From: Verrucomicrobiia bacterium
Lineage (GTDB): Bacteria > Verrucomicrobiota > Verrucomicrobiia > Limisphaerales > UBA11358
Reading direction: 5' to 3'
NCBI GenBank assembly: GCA_035545995.1
Contig: DASZXH010000072.1
Location: 18,407 to 82,406, forward strand
DNA: 64,000 bases
Made by a program: the position numbers and the translations under genes. The notes below the pieces were generated by a model that saw nothing but the letters and a program-made list of their open reading frames with translations, ran no database searches and was not told the DNA's origin. Positions 36,979 through 46,618 of this stretch are shown here, piece by piece. Positions within the stretch are counted from its first letter, which is position 1. Each line of letters begins with the position of its first letter.

Positions 36979-36994
36979 TGTGAAAAATTTCACG
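36979..36994. promoter_or_regulatory. CRP/FNR-type palindrome upstream of the act operon
   Basis: tgtgaaaaatttcacg matches TGTGA-N6-TCACA at 9/10 positions. The core gtgaaa-aa-tttcac is a perfect palindrome. It lies about 115-130 nt upstream of the actA start, in a divergent intergenic region. Confidence 0.35.
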
Positions 36995-37070
36995 TTGTTT
37001 TTTGAAAACCAAATAACTAATTGAGCCGTCACGCGATTGACAGCGCAATCCGGTCTGCTAGAACATCCGC

Positions 37071-37733
37071 ATGACCGTTGATTCGATGACTGAAATCGTG
37101 GAGAATGTTCAGTCCATCTACACCATCGTGCTGGCGCTGGCCATCGCCGAGGCGTTCAATCAGGCCATCAAGGAAACCAAACCGCACGAGGAAAAACACG
37201 CGACGACGTTCGTCAACTGGTTCGATTGCTTTCATCATTCGCGATTTGTTTCGTTGATTGTCTTTCTGCTGCTCGCCGCGCCTTTTTTTCAGGGCAATCA
37301 AAAGTATCTGTATCTGCAATACATCGAACCGCTGCATCAACTCAATCCGCCCAAAAGCATCAGCGCGCGCTGGCTGGATTTCGATTGCCTGATATTTTCG
37401 GTGCAGGCGGGATTATTCTTTGTCATGTCCCGTTCCTTGTCGGCCAAACGGTGGCAGCAATTTTACGCGACCATCATCATGTTGCTGTCCTTGGATTTCA
37501 TCTGGGCGTTGATGGAAAAATGGCACGGTTCCGCCGTGCCGCGCGAATGGATTTGGTTTGACGCCGTTGCTGCCATTGTTCTGGCCGTAATCATCGTATT
37601 GGATTGGTTTTTTATCCGTTACGAAAGGGACAAGGAGTTGAACATTTATTGTTATTGGGCTGTGTCTGCCATCTCCATCGTCGGACTTGTTTGCAGCTAC
37701 TTCTATCAACTGGATTATTTGATAGATTATTGA
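37071..37733 (+). CDS. Hypothetical polytopic membrane protein
   Basis: 220 aa with about 6 hydrophobic helices. No recognised family. Confidence 0.5.
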   Translation: MTVDSMTEIVENVQSIYTIVLALAIAEAFNQAIKETKPHEEKHATTFVNWFDCFHHSRFVSLIVFLLLAAPFFQGNQKYLYLQYIEPLHQLNPPKSISARWLDFDCLIFSVQAGLFFVMSRSLSAKRWQQFYATIIMLLSLDFIWALMEKWHGSAVPREWIWFDAVAAIVLAVIIVLDWFFIRYERDKELNIYCYWAVSAISIVGLVCSYFYQLDYLIDY

Positions 37734-37857
37734 TTCACATCGAAATGGCTTCTGAAGGAATTTCGTGGAAACAAATCAATGAAGGGGACGCGGCACGGAA
37801 TTAAGAAGTGCCAACTATTGTGTCGGGAGTGACGTTGGCGCGCACCGCGTCCCGGAC

Positions 37858-38127
37858 ATGAGCCAAAGCAAAGGACATTCCACAATCACAGGGGAAAGTT
37901 TGGCAATGTTTCTGCTCAGGGAAACATTCACCATGACAACTTATACTATTCCGCCCCAATTCGCCCATGAACTGCTTTTGGCCCAACAAACCAGCCAGCA
38001 CGCTTATTTGATGACGCAATTCTTTCAAATCACCGCCCATGCCATCATCGGCGTCTGTATCGCCGGCTCGATTTTGCTCGTTTGGCGGTTTGTGCAATCG
38101 CAAAAAGGCAAATCTGGTGCTGCTTAA
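37858..38127 (+). CDS. Small hypothetical protein with a C-terminal TM helix
   Basis: 89-aa ORF that competes with a minus-strand ORF of poorer composition. ORF evidence only. Confidence 0.2.
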   Translation: MSQSKGHSTITGESLAMFLLRETFTMTTYTIPPQFAHELLLAQQTSQHAYLMTQFFQITAHAIIGVCIAGSILLVWRFVQSQKGKSGAA

Positions 38128-38190
38128 AAATAGAATTCTCCGGCGGCTCTGTCCAAAATTCAAACGGCAAGTCCCAATTCTTTTTCAGAT

Positions 38191-39219
38191 TCAACCGATT
38201 TTCTGCGTCGGCGTTTTCAACGGATAAAGTCCGGGACAACAACCGAAGGTTTCGTGAAACGCCTGGCTGAAATGGCTCAAGCTGGAATAGCCAACTTCCA
38301 ACGCGGCTTCGGTCACATTGAATTTTCCCGATTTCAACAATTCCGACGCGCGTTCCATGCGCAATTGGCGGATGTATTGCGGAATTGTCATGCCGGTTTC
38401 CGTTGAAAATGTCCGGCTCAAATGAAACGGGCTGCACCCGACGACGCGCCCGATTTCCTCCAACGCCGGCGGCTCGGTCAATTTTTCACGGAGCAACGCG
38501 ATGACTTTTTCGACGCGTTCGGCGGAAAGCCGCTGCTGTCGCTGGCAAAACAATTCCTGTTCGGCGGGCGCGACAAAAAACAATTCCGCCGCGACTTCGA
38601 GTGCCTTGGCTTGATACCAAACGGATTGCGCCAGCGCGAGCACGGGTGCTTCGCGCAGGCTGGCGAGCAATTGTTGCTGCCGGCTGGTCAAACGCGTCAC
38701 GGAGGCAATCGCGGATTTTTCAGACTGGCTGGCGACCACTTCACGCACGAGTGGATGCAACGACGTGACATACTCGTTCAAATGTTGACGCAAAAAATTG
38801 AACGACATTTCAACGGTCAGAAATTGATGGCGCTGTTTTTTGTTTCGCGTCGCGACCAACGGCTGTTCGCCGCGCCGGTAAAATCCAACCGTCAACGGCG
38901 CGAACGTCATTTCACTTTTACCCAGCGCGACCTTGCCGTTGCCTTCGAGATTCAGGCAAACTTCGACGCTGCCGGGATGAAAGGTTTTTCCCCAGTCAAA
39001 TTCGCTGCCGGATGTCTTGAAATCGTGCCACTCAAAACTTGCGCCCGCGCCATGCACGCTGCCGTGCAAATGCCGCCAGCCGTCGCCGATGTTTTGCCAA
39101 GCCGGCCGCTCGGTGAAAGCGGGGAGATTTTCCGCGCCGGCAGCCTTGATTCTCTTGTTCGCCAATTTTGGCACGACGATATTCTGCCATCTTTTCCGCC
39201 ACGCGCAAATTTTTCGCAC
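38191..39219 (-). CDS. AraC-family transcriptional regulator
   Basis: 342 aa. C-terminal double HTH (EIGRVVGCSPFHLSRTFSTETG..., EAALEVGYSSLSHFSQAFHETFGCCPGLY). Divergent from the iron-uptake genes. Confidence 0.85.
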   Translation of the reverse strand: MRKICAWRKRWQNIVVPKLANKRIKAAGAENLPAFTERPAWQNIGDGWRHLHGSVHGAGASFEWHDFKTSGSEFDWGKTFHPGSVEVCLNLEGNGKVALGKSEMTFAPLTVGFYRRGEQPLVATRNKKQRHQFLTVEMSFNFLRQHLNEYVTSLHPLVREVVASQSEKSAIASVTRLTSRQQQLLASLREAPVLALAQSVWYQAKALEVAAELFFVAPAEQELFCQRQQRLSAERVEKVIALLREKLTEPPALEEIGRVVGCSPFHLSRTFSTETGMTIPQYIRQLRMERASELLKSGKFNVTEAALEVGYSSLSHFSQAFHETFGCCPGLYPLKTPTQKIG

Positions 39220-39289
39220 CGCAATTCACCACTAAAGAATAGCAACCCAGCGAAAGCGTGGTTTTCCGGTTAAACTACAATTTTTTGAA

Positions 39290-40435
39290 ATGATGAAGCA
39301 GATTTCAACGTTAGTTTGCGCGCTTTTCTTTGCAACTCTTTCCGTCGAAGCGGAAACGGCAACGAATAATTTTCAGTCTTTGGACGCCATCAAAAAGTAT
39401 CTCGTGGACACGGTCCAGAAAATGGATGACGCGGGGCACGATTTCGTGACGAACGCGGCGGCATATCAAGCAATCATTGACGCGGCGGGCGGCGATTACA
39501 ACAAGGCCGCAATGGAACACGGCGTGGAACTCGGCGAACTCGTGAAAAAAATGCAGGGCGATTTCGGGATTTACCATAATCACGGTTACGAAACGGTCGA
39601 AGGCATCGTCGCCGGCACGAAAAAAATGGTCTGGTTCGACAATTATTTGGACGGCGGCGTTCCCGCGACTGACGCCTCGACCGATTCGCCGGAATCGCCG
39701 CTCGTGTTGCGCGCGAAGGACGGCACGATGATCAGCAATCACAACGGCAATCTGTTTCACTACGTCATCGAGCCGACGTTGTGGGGCACGCGCAGTTTCT
39801 TTCTGAAAAAATTGAGTCCAGCGGCGCAGGAAAAAATGAAGGAAGAATACGAAGCCGCGCTTGGCGCAAAAATTTCCGCCGCGCCGGTCGCGTTGCCGCG
39901 CGCGGACGTTTTGACGGCGGCTTCGATTGATTGCGCGGAAAAATTGGATTGGCTGTTGCAAGTTTCCAAAGACTGGCAGCCGCAACTCGGCGAATGTATC
40001 GGCGCGCTCGTGTGGATGACGCCGACGCTGAACGGTTATTTCGATGACTGGCGCGATTCGCGTTACAATCCCGTCGCGACCGGCCACTACGTCGCCGAAT
40101 CGCGCGTGCTCGACATGCGCGGCATCATGTATAGCTTGAAAATCGCGAACGACGCAATTCTCCCGCAGCTTCAGCCGAAAAATCCCGGCCTCGCCGACCA
40201 GTTGAAATACGAATACGACAACATCATTTCGTTCATTGACCGCGTCGAAGCGCGCGACAAACAGAGCGGCTACAAATTGAGCATCCCGGCGATCGAGGAA
40301 TTGGCCGAGCAAGCGAAAACGATGACCGACCAGTTGCAGCCACAACTGCGTCAGATGGCTGCGATTCTCGGCGCGGAAGTGCCGGAAAAACCGACGCTCG
40401 TGGCGATTGATGTTCCGGCGGGCGCGCAGAAATAA
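39290..40435 (+). CDS. Periplasmic imelysin/EfeO-like protein (putative iron-uptake component)
   Basis: 381 aa. Signal peptide, all-alpha composition, and a GIYHNHGYE segment resembling the imelysin HxxE region. It sits immediately upstream of an FTR1 permease. Confidence 0.45.
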   Translation: MMKQISTLVCALFFATLSVEAETATNNFQSLDAIKKYLVDTVQKMDDAGHDFVTNAAAYQAIIDAAGGDYNKAAMEHGVELGELVKKMQGDFGIYHNHGYETVEGIVAGTKKMVWFDNYLDGGVPATDASTDSPESPLVLRAKDGTMISNHNGNLFHYVIEPTLWGTRSFFLKKLSPAAQEKMKEEYEAALGAKISAAPVALPRADVLTAASIDCAEKLDWLLQVSKDWQPQLGECIGALVWMTPTLNGYFDDWRDSRYNPVATGHYVAESRVLDMRGIMYSLKIANDAILPQLQPKNPGLADQLKYEYDNIISFIDRVEARDKQSGYKLSIPAIEELAEQAKTMTDQLQPQLRQMAAILGAEVPEKPTLVAIDVPAGAQK

Positions 40436-40452
40436 TTTTCTTCGGGACTCAA

Positions 40453-42747
40453 ATGAATCGCGTTCTCAAAATTTTAATTTGCTCGGCCATTTTCGCCGCG
40501 TCGCCGTTCATTTCGCGCGCCGCTTTGAGCGATGATTTTCACGGCGTTCAACAAAAATTGAACGACACGTTGCTCGACATTTATTCTGGCGAGACGGAAA
40601 CTAATTTGTCAGCGCAACTTTCCGCGAGCTTGGCGAAGTTGCAGGCTTACGTTTCCGGTTACGAAAATTCGGCAGCAGACAAGATTTTGAGCGAACCGTT
40701 GCCCGCGCAACTTTCGCCCGCGGCTCAAATCGGCGTCGCGCGCGGACGTTTGCAGCACGCCGCCGCGCTCGCAATGTTGCAATGTCAGGCGTCGGGAAAT
40801 TTCGACGGCGCGCAACAATGGCGCGCGCTTATCACGTTGCCGCAATTCGCGAACGGCGTGGACAGCGCGATGCTGTTGCAAAAGCCGGAACTCGCGCGCA
40901 AACCGGAAGTCGCCGCGACGCTCGCGAAGGAATATCTCGAATGGCAAACGATGCGCGTCCGCCAGTTGCTCGATTTCTTGCAGCAACAAGTCGCCATCAA
41001 AGCGGCGGACAAAAATGTCGTGGAAGCGAACGAAAGCGAAATTCTCACGCTCGCCGATTTTCCGGCGCCGTTGGTTCAAACGGCTGGTCTGACGAATAAT
41101 TCCGCAGTGACGACGGCGACGGTCGCGTGGGATGATTCGGCGGATGAAAAGCAAAAAATTGCCGCCGTCGGCCAATGGCGTGACCAAGTAGAATCCACGC
41201 TGCCGAATCTGTTATCGCCTTCAGACATCGGACGGATGCAACGCTTGCTTGCGCGCTGCGTCAAACTCGTTCCGCGCGAATACTCGCACGGCGTCAGCAA
41301 CGGCAAATTGATTATTCCGCTGGAATTGCGCGAAGCCAAACAATTTGCCGAACAATCCCAAACGCTGGTCAATCAACTCGCGCCAGTTTGGAAGCAGGAA
41401 CAACCGCAAGTTTACGCACAATATCGCGCGGATTTGAGCGCGCAACTCGTTCAAATGCAGGCGATGCTTGATAATTTGCCGGAGCAGGACGCGCTCGACG
41501 AACAGAGCAAAAAAATTTCCGCGATTCTTGAGGATAAATTCAAAATCACCGCGCGTCGTGCCGGCGACAGCGGCGATGTGATTGACGAAACGGTTTTGGA
41601 AGTGCGCGCCGCGCTTGGCGGTTCGCTCGCCGCCGCTCAAAACGATCAATGGGAATCCGCCGAATCACAGCGCATGGACGCATACACGGCGTTCGATACC
41701 GAGATCGAAGCGCGCGTTTTGCCGCGCGATCCTGATTTGGCGGTCAAAGCGGAAAGCAGTTTTCTCGCGGGCGACGGCTCGCAGCTCGGCATCAAGGCGT
41801 TGCTCGACCGCCGCGCGCCGATGGATCAACTGCAAGCGGCTTACGAACGCACGCTCAATCATCTTTCGGACTGTTCGGAACTTTTGAAAGTCGCCGTTTC
41901 GCCGACGACCATCGGTTTCACCGCGTTCACCATCGTCGCGCGCGAAGGTTTGGAAGCGATCATCATTTTGGCCGCGTTGCTCGCCGGCTTGCGCGGCGCG
42001 GAATACGCTTCGACGCGCAAAGGCATCGCGGGCGGCGCGTGGATGGGTTTGGTCGTGACGGGAATCACGTTTTGGCTCTCGCGCACGGTCATTCAATCGC
42101 TCACGCGTTTCGGCGAAAAATTGGAAGCGGTCGTTTCCATTTTGGCTGTCATCATTTTGTTCATCGTGACGAACTGGGTTTTTCATCGCGTCTATTGGGT
42201 CGGCTGGAATTCCAAATTGCGTTCGCTCTCGAAATCCGCGCAGGACGTTTCGTCCACGCGCTGGGAATGGCTCGCGCTGCTGGGCGTCGGTTTTCTCACC
42301 GTCTATCGCGAAGGCTTTGAGATGGCGTTGTTCCTGCAATCGCTGTTACTCGAGGGCAGCAAATCGGCGGTGTTCATCGGCAGTGCCGTCGCCGTTTTAT
42401 TTTTGGTTCTGCTGGGCGCGTTGACGTTCCGTTACGGCGTGAAATTGCCGTATCGCAAACTGCTGGTGCTGACGGGAATTTTGGTCGTTTCCATCATGGT
42501 TTCATTCATCGGCTCAAGTGTCCGGCTGTTCCAAACCGTCAACTGGATGCCGATCCATCCGATTTATGGCGTGCATTTTCCGAACTGGACGGGATTGTGG
42601 CTCGGACTTTATCCAAGTTGGGAAGGGATTTTGATTCCGCCGTTGGCGCTCGTTTATGTCGGCGGAATGTGGTTGTTCAACCGTTGGCGCTCGCGCCGGG
42701 CGGAACGCGCGGTTCCCGCCGGTCAGCCGGCGGCTTCGCACGCCTGA
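40453..42747 (+). CDS. FTR1/EfeU-family iron permease fused to a ~484-aa N-terminal periplasmic domain
   Basis: 764 aa. Signal peptide and a long helical domain, followed by a 7-TM permease with the two signature motifs REGLE (VAREGLEAIIIL) and REGFE (VYREGFEMALFL). Confidence 0.8.
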   Translation: MNRVLKILICSAIFAASPFISRAALSDDFHGVQQKLNDTLLDIYSGETETNLSAQLSASLAKLQAYVSGYENSAADKILSEPLPAQLSPAAQIGVARGRLQHAAALAMLQCQASGNFDGAQQWRALITLPQFANGVDSAMLLQKPELARKPEVAATLAKEYLEWQTMRVRQLLDFLQQQVAIKAADKNVVEANESEILTLADFPAPLVQTAGLTNNSAVTTATVAWDDSADEKQKIAAVGQWRDQVESTLPNLLSPSDIGRMQRLLARCVKLVPREYSHGVSNGKLIIPLELREAKQFAEQSQTLVNQLAPVWKQEQPQVYAQYRADLSAQLVQMQAMLDNLPEQDALDEQSKKISAILEDKFKITARRAGDSGDVIDETVLEVRAALGGSLAAAQNDQWESAESQRMDAYTAFDTEIEARVLPRDPDLAVKAESSFLAGDGSQLGIKALLDRRAPMDQLQAAYERTLNHLSDCSELLKVAVSPTTIGFTAFTIVAREGLEAIIILAALLAGLRGAEYASTRKGIAGGAWMGLVVTGITFWLSRTVIQSLTRFGEKLEAVVSILAVIILFIVTNWVFHRVYWVGWNSKLRSLSKSAQDVSSTRWEWLALLGVGFLTVYREGFEMALFLQSLLLEGSKSAVFIGSAVAVLFLVLLGALTFRYGVKLPYRKLLVLTGILVVSIMVSFIGSSVRLFQTVNWMPIHPIYGVHFPNWTGLWLGLYPSWEGILIPPLALVYVGGMWLFNRWRSRRAERAVPAGQPAASHA

Positions 42748-42767
42748 TTTTTCAGAACCAAATTTTA

Positions 42768-44216
42768 ATGAACTCAAGCATTATGCCTAAAAACAAAAAC
42801 CTGTTCGCCCTGCTCTTCCTTAATTTGCTGATCGCAAAAGTCACGCACGCGGCCACGACGCCGACCTACGTGCCCGGGCCGAATTCGGGGAAAATTTCCG
42901 GCGCGCCCGGCCAGACTTTGCCACCGACCGAACCGGCCATTGACCTTTCCTCCACGAACGCGCCGTATAATCCGGCCAACGACAATCCCGGACTTTACAC
43001 CGGTTTGCCGACGCAAATGCCCGAAGGTTTGACCCAAACGCCGGAAAATTTTTGGCATCGCGACACGATGTTTGGCGGTTTATGGGGCACGCGCAACACG
43101 ATAGAAAATTATGGATTTGAATTTGACCCGGTTTATGTCGGTGAAGTCATGGGCAATGTTTCCGGCGGCATGAAACAAGGCGCGGTTTATGACCAGAGCT
43201 TGAATTTGCCGCTGACCATTTATCTCGACAAGATTCAAAACTGGTGGGACGGCGGAACCATCCACGCGAATGCGCTGTGGCTCGCCGGTCGTTCACTTTC
43301 GGCGGACAAAGTCGGCGACATCAGCGGCGCGAGCAACATTGCCGGCTATCCAACCTTGCGTTTGCAGGAATTCTGGTATCAGCAAACGTTTTGGAAAATG
43401 CGCGCGTCAATCAAGATTGGCCTCGTCGCCGCCGACGCGGAATTTTTCACGTCCGACACGGCGTCGCTGTTCATCAACGGAACATTCGGCGCGTTCACCC
43501 TCGTCGGTGCGAACCTGCCGAATCCGCCGGTCTATCCGGTGGCCACGCCCGCCGTGCGCTTTCTGGTTCAACCCATTCCGCAATTTTATTTTCAATCCGG
43601 CGTTTATTACGGCGACAGCGGCGCGCAGGATCAAAATCGGAACGGTTTGGATTTCGATTTCAACAGCCGCGCCGGCGCGCTGATTTTCTCGGAAATCGGC
43701 TGGCTCATCAACCAGGCTGCCAATGATCGCGGTCTGGTCGGCACTTACAAACTCGGTTCGTTTGTCCACACGGCGGATTTTACCGATTGGAATACCGGCG
43801 CGGGCGAAGGCTCCGATTATGGCATTTATGGAGTCGCGGATCAGGAAATTTACAAAAGCGGCGGCAAAGACATTTCCGCATTTGCCCGCGTTGGTTACGC
43901 GCCGGCCAACGTGAACACCATTGACTGGTATTTTGACGCCGGATTCAATTTCTCCGGTTTCGTTCCCGGACGATTGCTCGACACTGCCGGCCTCGCCGTG
44001 GCGCGCTCAACCTTCAGCCGCGACTTCAGCGATTCCCAGGTCGCGGGCGGCTCGAATCCGTTCTCGCAGGAAACCGTGATTGAAGCGACTTACAAGGCGC
44101 AAATCACGCCGTGGTGGACGTTGCAACCGGATTTTCAATACATCTTCAATCCCAGTGGCGAAAAAGGTTCGCACGACGCGGCGATTCTCGGATTGCGGAC
44201 GACCATCGCTTTTTGA
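42768..44216 (+). CDS. OprB-family (carbohydrate-selective-type) outer-membrane porin
   Basis: The ATG at 42768 gives signal peptide MNSSIMPKNKNLFALLFLNLLIAKVTHA. Beta-barrel pattern with C-terminal ...LGLRTTIAF. The upstream ORF extension overlaps the permease gene. Confidence 0.7.
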   Translation: MNSSIMPKNKNLFALLFLNLLIAKVTHAATTPTYVPGPNSGKISGAPGQTLPPTEPAIDLSSTNAPYNPANDNPGLYTGLPTQMPEGLTQTPENFWHRDTMFGGLWGTRNTIENYGFEFDPVYVGEVMGNVSGGMKQGAVYDQSLNLPLTIYLDKIQNWWDGGTIHANALWLAGRSLSADKVGDISGASNIAGYPTLRLQEFWYQQTFWKMRASIKIGLVAADAEFFTSDTASLFINGTFGAFTLVGANLPNPPVYPVATPAVRFLVQPIPQFYFQSGVYYGDSGAQDQNRNGLDFDFNSRAGALIFSEIGWLINQAANDRGLVGTYKLGSFVHTADFTDWNTGAGEGSDYGIYGVADQEIYKSGGKDISAFARVGYAPANVNTIDWYFDAGFNFSGFVPGRLLDTAGLAVARSTFSRDFSDSQVAGGSNPFSQETVIEATYKAQITPWWTLQPDFQYIFNPSGEKGSHDAAILGLRTTIAF

Positions 44217-44316
44217 CGTTTAATTTTCACGGATAAACCGCCGGACTTTCCCCTGCCCCGCCGGTTTGTCCAATCAATTTTATTTCGCCTTTGCAGATTT
44301 TGGTCTATAAGGCGGC

Positions 44317-45822
44317 ATGGCATTGGATTATCGCCATCTGTCACGGGACGAGATGATCCGGTTGTTGGCATCGCGCGAACGCGTTTTGCGCGAATCTTCT
44401 GAAATTTACACAAAGGCTTTCCGCGTTTCGCCCGACGCGATTTCCATCACGGACATGGAGACGGGGCGATTCATTGAAATCAACGACAGCTTTGAACGAT
44501 TTTTCGGCTACAAACACAACGAAGTCATCGGACGCACGTCAAATGAATTGGGATTTTGGTCCACTCCTCAAGACCGGGACCGGCTGATTGAGTTGGTGAA
44601 GCTGCGTGGTTCAGTCCGGGATTTCAAAACATCAGGACACACACGCGCTGGCGGGTTGAAAATCGGCCTGGTTTCAGCCGAGATGGTGGAAATTGCCGGA
44701 CGCCCGGCGCTCGTATTGCTCGTTCGCGACATTACCAATCGGGAAAAAGCGGCGCAAGCGTTGCGCGAGTCCGAGGAAAAATTTTCCAAAGCGTTCCGCA
44801 CCAGCCCGGATGTGATGTCCATAGCGGATTTTGAAACCGGACGTTACATTGAAGTCAATGATGCGCACGAAAAAATTTTCGGCTTCAAACGCGAAGAGGT
44901 CATCGGTCGCTCGCCCACCGAACTGGGCATTTTTGAAAACCCCGCTGTGCGGGAGAAAATATGGAAATCTCTCGAAGCCAACGGCTCGGTTCGCGACGTA
45001 GAGATTGAAGCCCGCACGCGCGACGGCAAACGATTGACATTATTGCACAATGCGGAATTGATTGAACTGGGCGGGCGCAAATGTGTGCTGCGCGTTTCGC
45101 ATGACATCACGGAGCGGCAGGAAGCCATTTTACGCGAGCAACAGGCGCGCCGCGAATACACGCTGCAACTCATCGCGTCACAGGAAGCCGAACGCGCGCG
45201 CATTGCCACCGAATTGCACGACAGCATCGGGCAAAATCTGTTGCATTTCAGAAATCGTCTGCAATCTGTGCTGAACAAAAAAAATTTGCCCGTCAAATTG
45301 CGCAAGCAATTTGAAGATATGAACGATTTGGCGATGCAGACCATCGAAGAAGTCCGCCGGATTTCGCACGACATGCACCCGTATCAATTGGATCATCTCG
45401 GCCTGACGCGCGCGCTCGCTTCATTGATTGAAAGCACGAAGCAAGCCAGCGCCGTCGCTTTTGAACAGCGGATTGAAAACGTGGACGACCTGTTTTCAAA
45501 AGACGCCGCGACGAATCTCTATCGCATCGTGCAGGAAAGTTTGAACAACATTTTGAAACATTCCCGCGCCAAAAAAGTTCGCATCACGCTCGAACGCGAC
45601 ATTCATGAAGTTCATTTGAAAATTGCGGACAACGGACGCGGTTTCGCTCCGGCCAAATCACACAAGACAACCAAAGGACTTGGTTTGCGAAACATCGCCG
45701 AACACGCACAGGTGCTCAACGGCCAATTTCAGTTGAATTCCAAGCCCGGCAAAGGCACAACTTTGGAAATCACCATTCCTGTTTCCAATGGCCGCAAATC
45801 CGCCAAAAATGCCCGCAAATAA
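44317..45822 (+). CDS. Cytoplasmic PAS-PAS sensor histidine kinase (HisKA_3/HATPase)
   Basis: 501 aa. Two PAS domains, H-box RIATELHDSIGQNL, and an ATPase domain (GKGTTLEITIP). Confidence 0.9.
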   Translation: MALDYRHLSRDEMIRLLASRERVLRESSEIYTKAFRVSPDAISITDMETGRFIEINDSFERFFGYKHNEVIGRTSNELGFWSTPQDRDRLIELVKLRGSVRDFKTSGHTRAGGLKIGLVSAEMVEIAGRPALVLLVRDITNREKAAQALRESEEKFSKAFRTSPDVMSIADFETGRYIEVNDAHEKIFGFKREEVIGRSPTELGIFENPAVREKIWKSLEANGSVRDVEIEARTRDGKRLTLLHNAELIELGGRKCVLRVSHDITERQEAILREQQARREYTLQLIASQEAERARIATELHDSIGQNLLHFRNRLQSVLNKKNLPVKLRKQFEDMNDLAMQTIEEVRRISHDMHPYQLDHLGLTRALASLIESTKQASAVAFEQRIENVDDLFSKDAATNLYRIVQESLNNILKHSRAKKVRITLERDIHEVHLKIADNGRGFAPAKSHKTTKGLGLRNIAEHAQVLNGQFQLNSKPGKGTTLEITIPVSNGRKSAKNARK

Positions 45823-46465
45823 AATCAAGGTGCTGATTGTTGACGACCATCCGCTCTTGCGCAGCGGATTGAAGCAAACGATTGAATCCGATTCGCGCTT
45901 TGAAATGGCGGCGGAAACCGGCGATGGCGAAACTGCATTGAAATGGATTCTCGAAAAAAAGCCCGACGTGGCCGTGCTCGACGTGAATCTGCCCGGATTG
46001 AGCGGATTGGACATCGCCCGCAAATTGCAGGGCAAGCGCCTGCCCACCCGCGTCATCATGCTCACGATGCACAAGGAGGAAGACATTTTGAATCACGCGC
46101 TCGACCTCGGCGTGAAAGGTTTTGTGTTAAAAGAAAACGCTGATGACGAAATCCTGAAAGCGTTGATTACCGTCGCTGGAGGCGAATACTATTTGAGTTC
46201 TTCGCTTTCCGGCCATTTGGTTCGCCGCCGAAATCACGCCGAAGCGCTCGCCGCGCAAAAGCCCGGACTGGATGATTTGACTAAAGCTGAACGGCGCATC
46301 CTCAAACTTATCGCTGAGAAAAAAACCAGCCGCCAGATTGCCGCTGAATTGTTCATCAGCCAGCGCACCGTTGAAGCGCATCGCGCCAACATCAGCAAAA
46401 AATTGGAATTGCGCGGCAGCCACAGTCTTCTGCATTTCGCATTGGAAAATCGCTCGCAACTCTGA
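45788..46465 (+). CDS. NarL/LuxR-family response regulator
   Basis: REC domain (VAVLDVNLPGLSG) plus LuxR HTH (LTKAERRILKLIAEKKTSRQIAAELFIS). The start may instead be the ATG at 45809. Confidence 0.9.
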   Translation: MAANPPKMPANKIKVLIVDDHPLLRSGLKQTIESDSRFEMAAETGDGETALKWILEKKPDVAVLDVNLPGLSGLDIARKLQGKRLPTRVIMLTMHKEEDILNHALDLGVKGFVLKENADDEILKALITVAGGEYYLSSSLSGHLVRRRNHAEALAAQKPGLDDLTKAERRILKLIAEKKTSRQIAAELFISQRTVEAHRANISKKLELRGSHSLLHFALENRSQL

Positions 46466-46618
46466 TTCACACACTTGTTTTTGCCAATCATTCTTTGGCA
46501 ATCCTACCTAGAAAAATAGCGGGAACTACCTAGTTGAAATTGCGTGTGAACCACAATTTCGCGCCGCCGTTTCCTGCGGCATTCTGATGGACTAATTTTG
46601 AATTAGTTTTCGACCAGA

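Noticed and set aside
42597-42767. 57-codon N-terminal extension of the porin ORF
   Set aside because: It overlaps the 3' end of the FTR1 gene. The ATG at 42768 yields a proper signal peptide.
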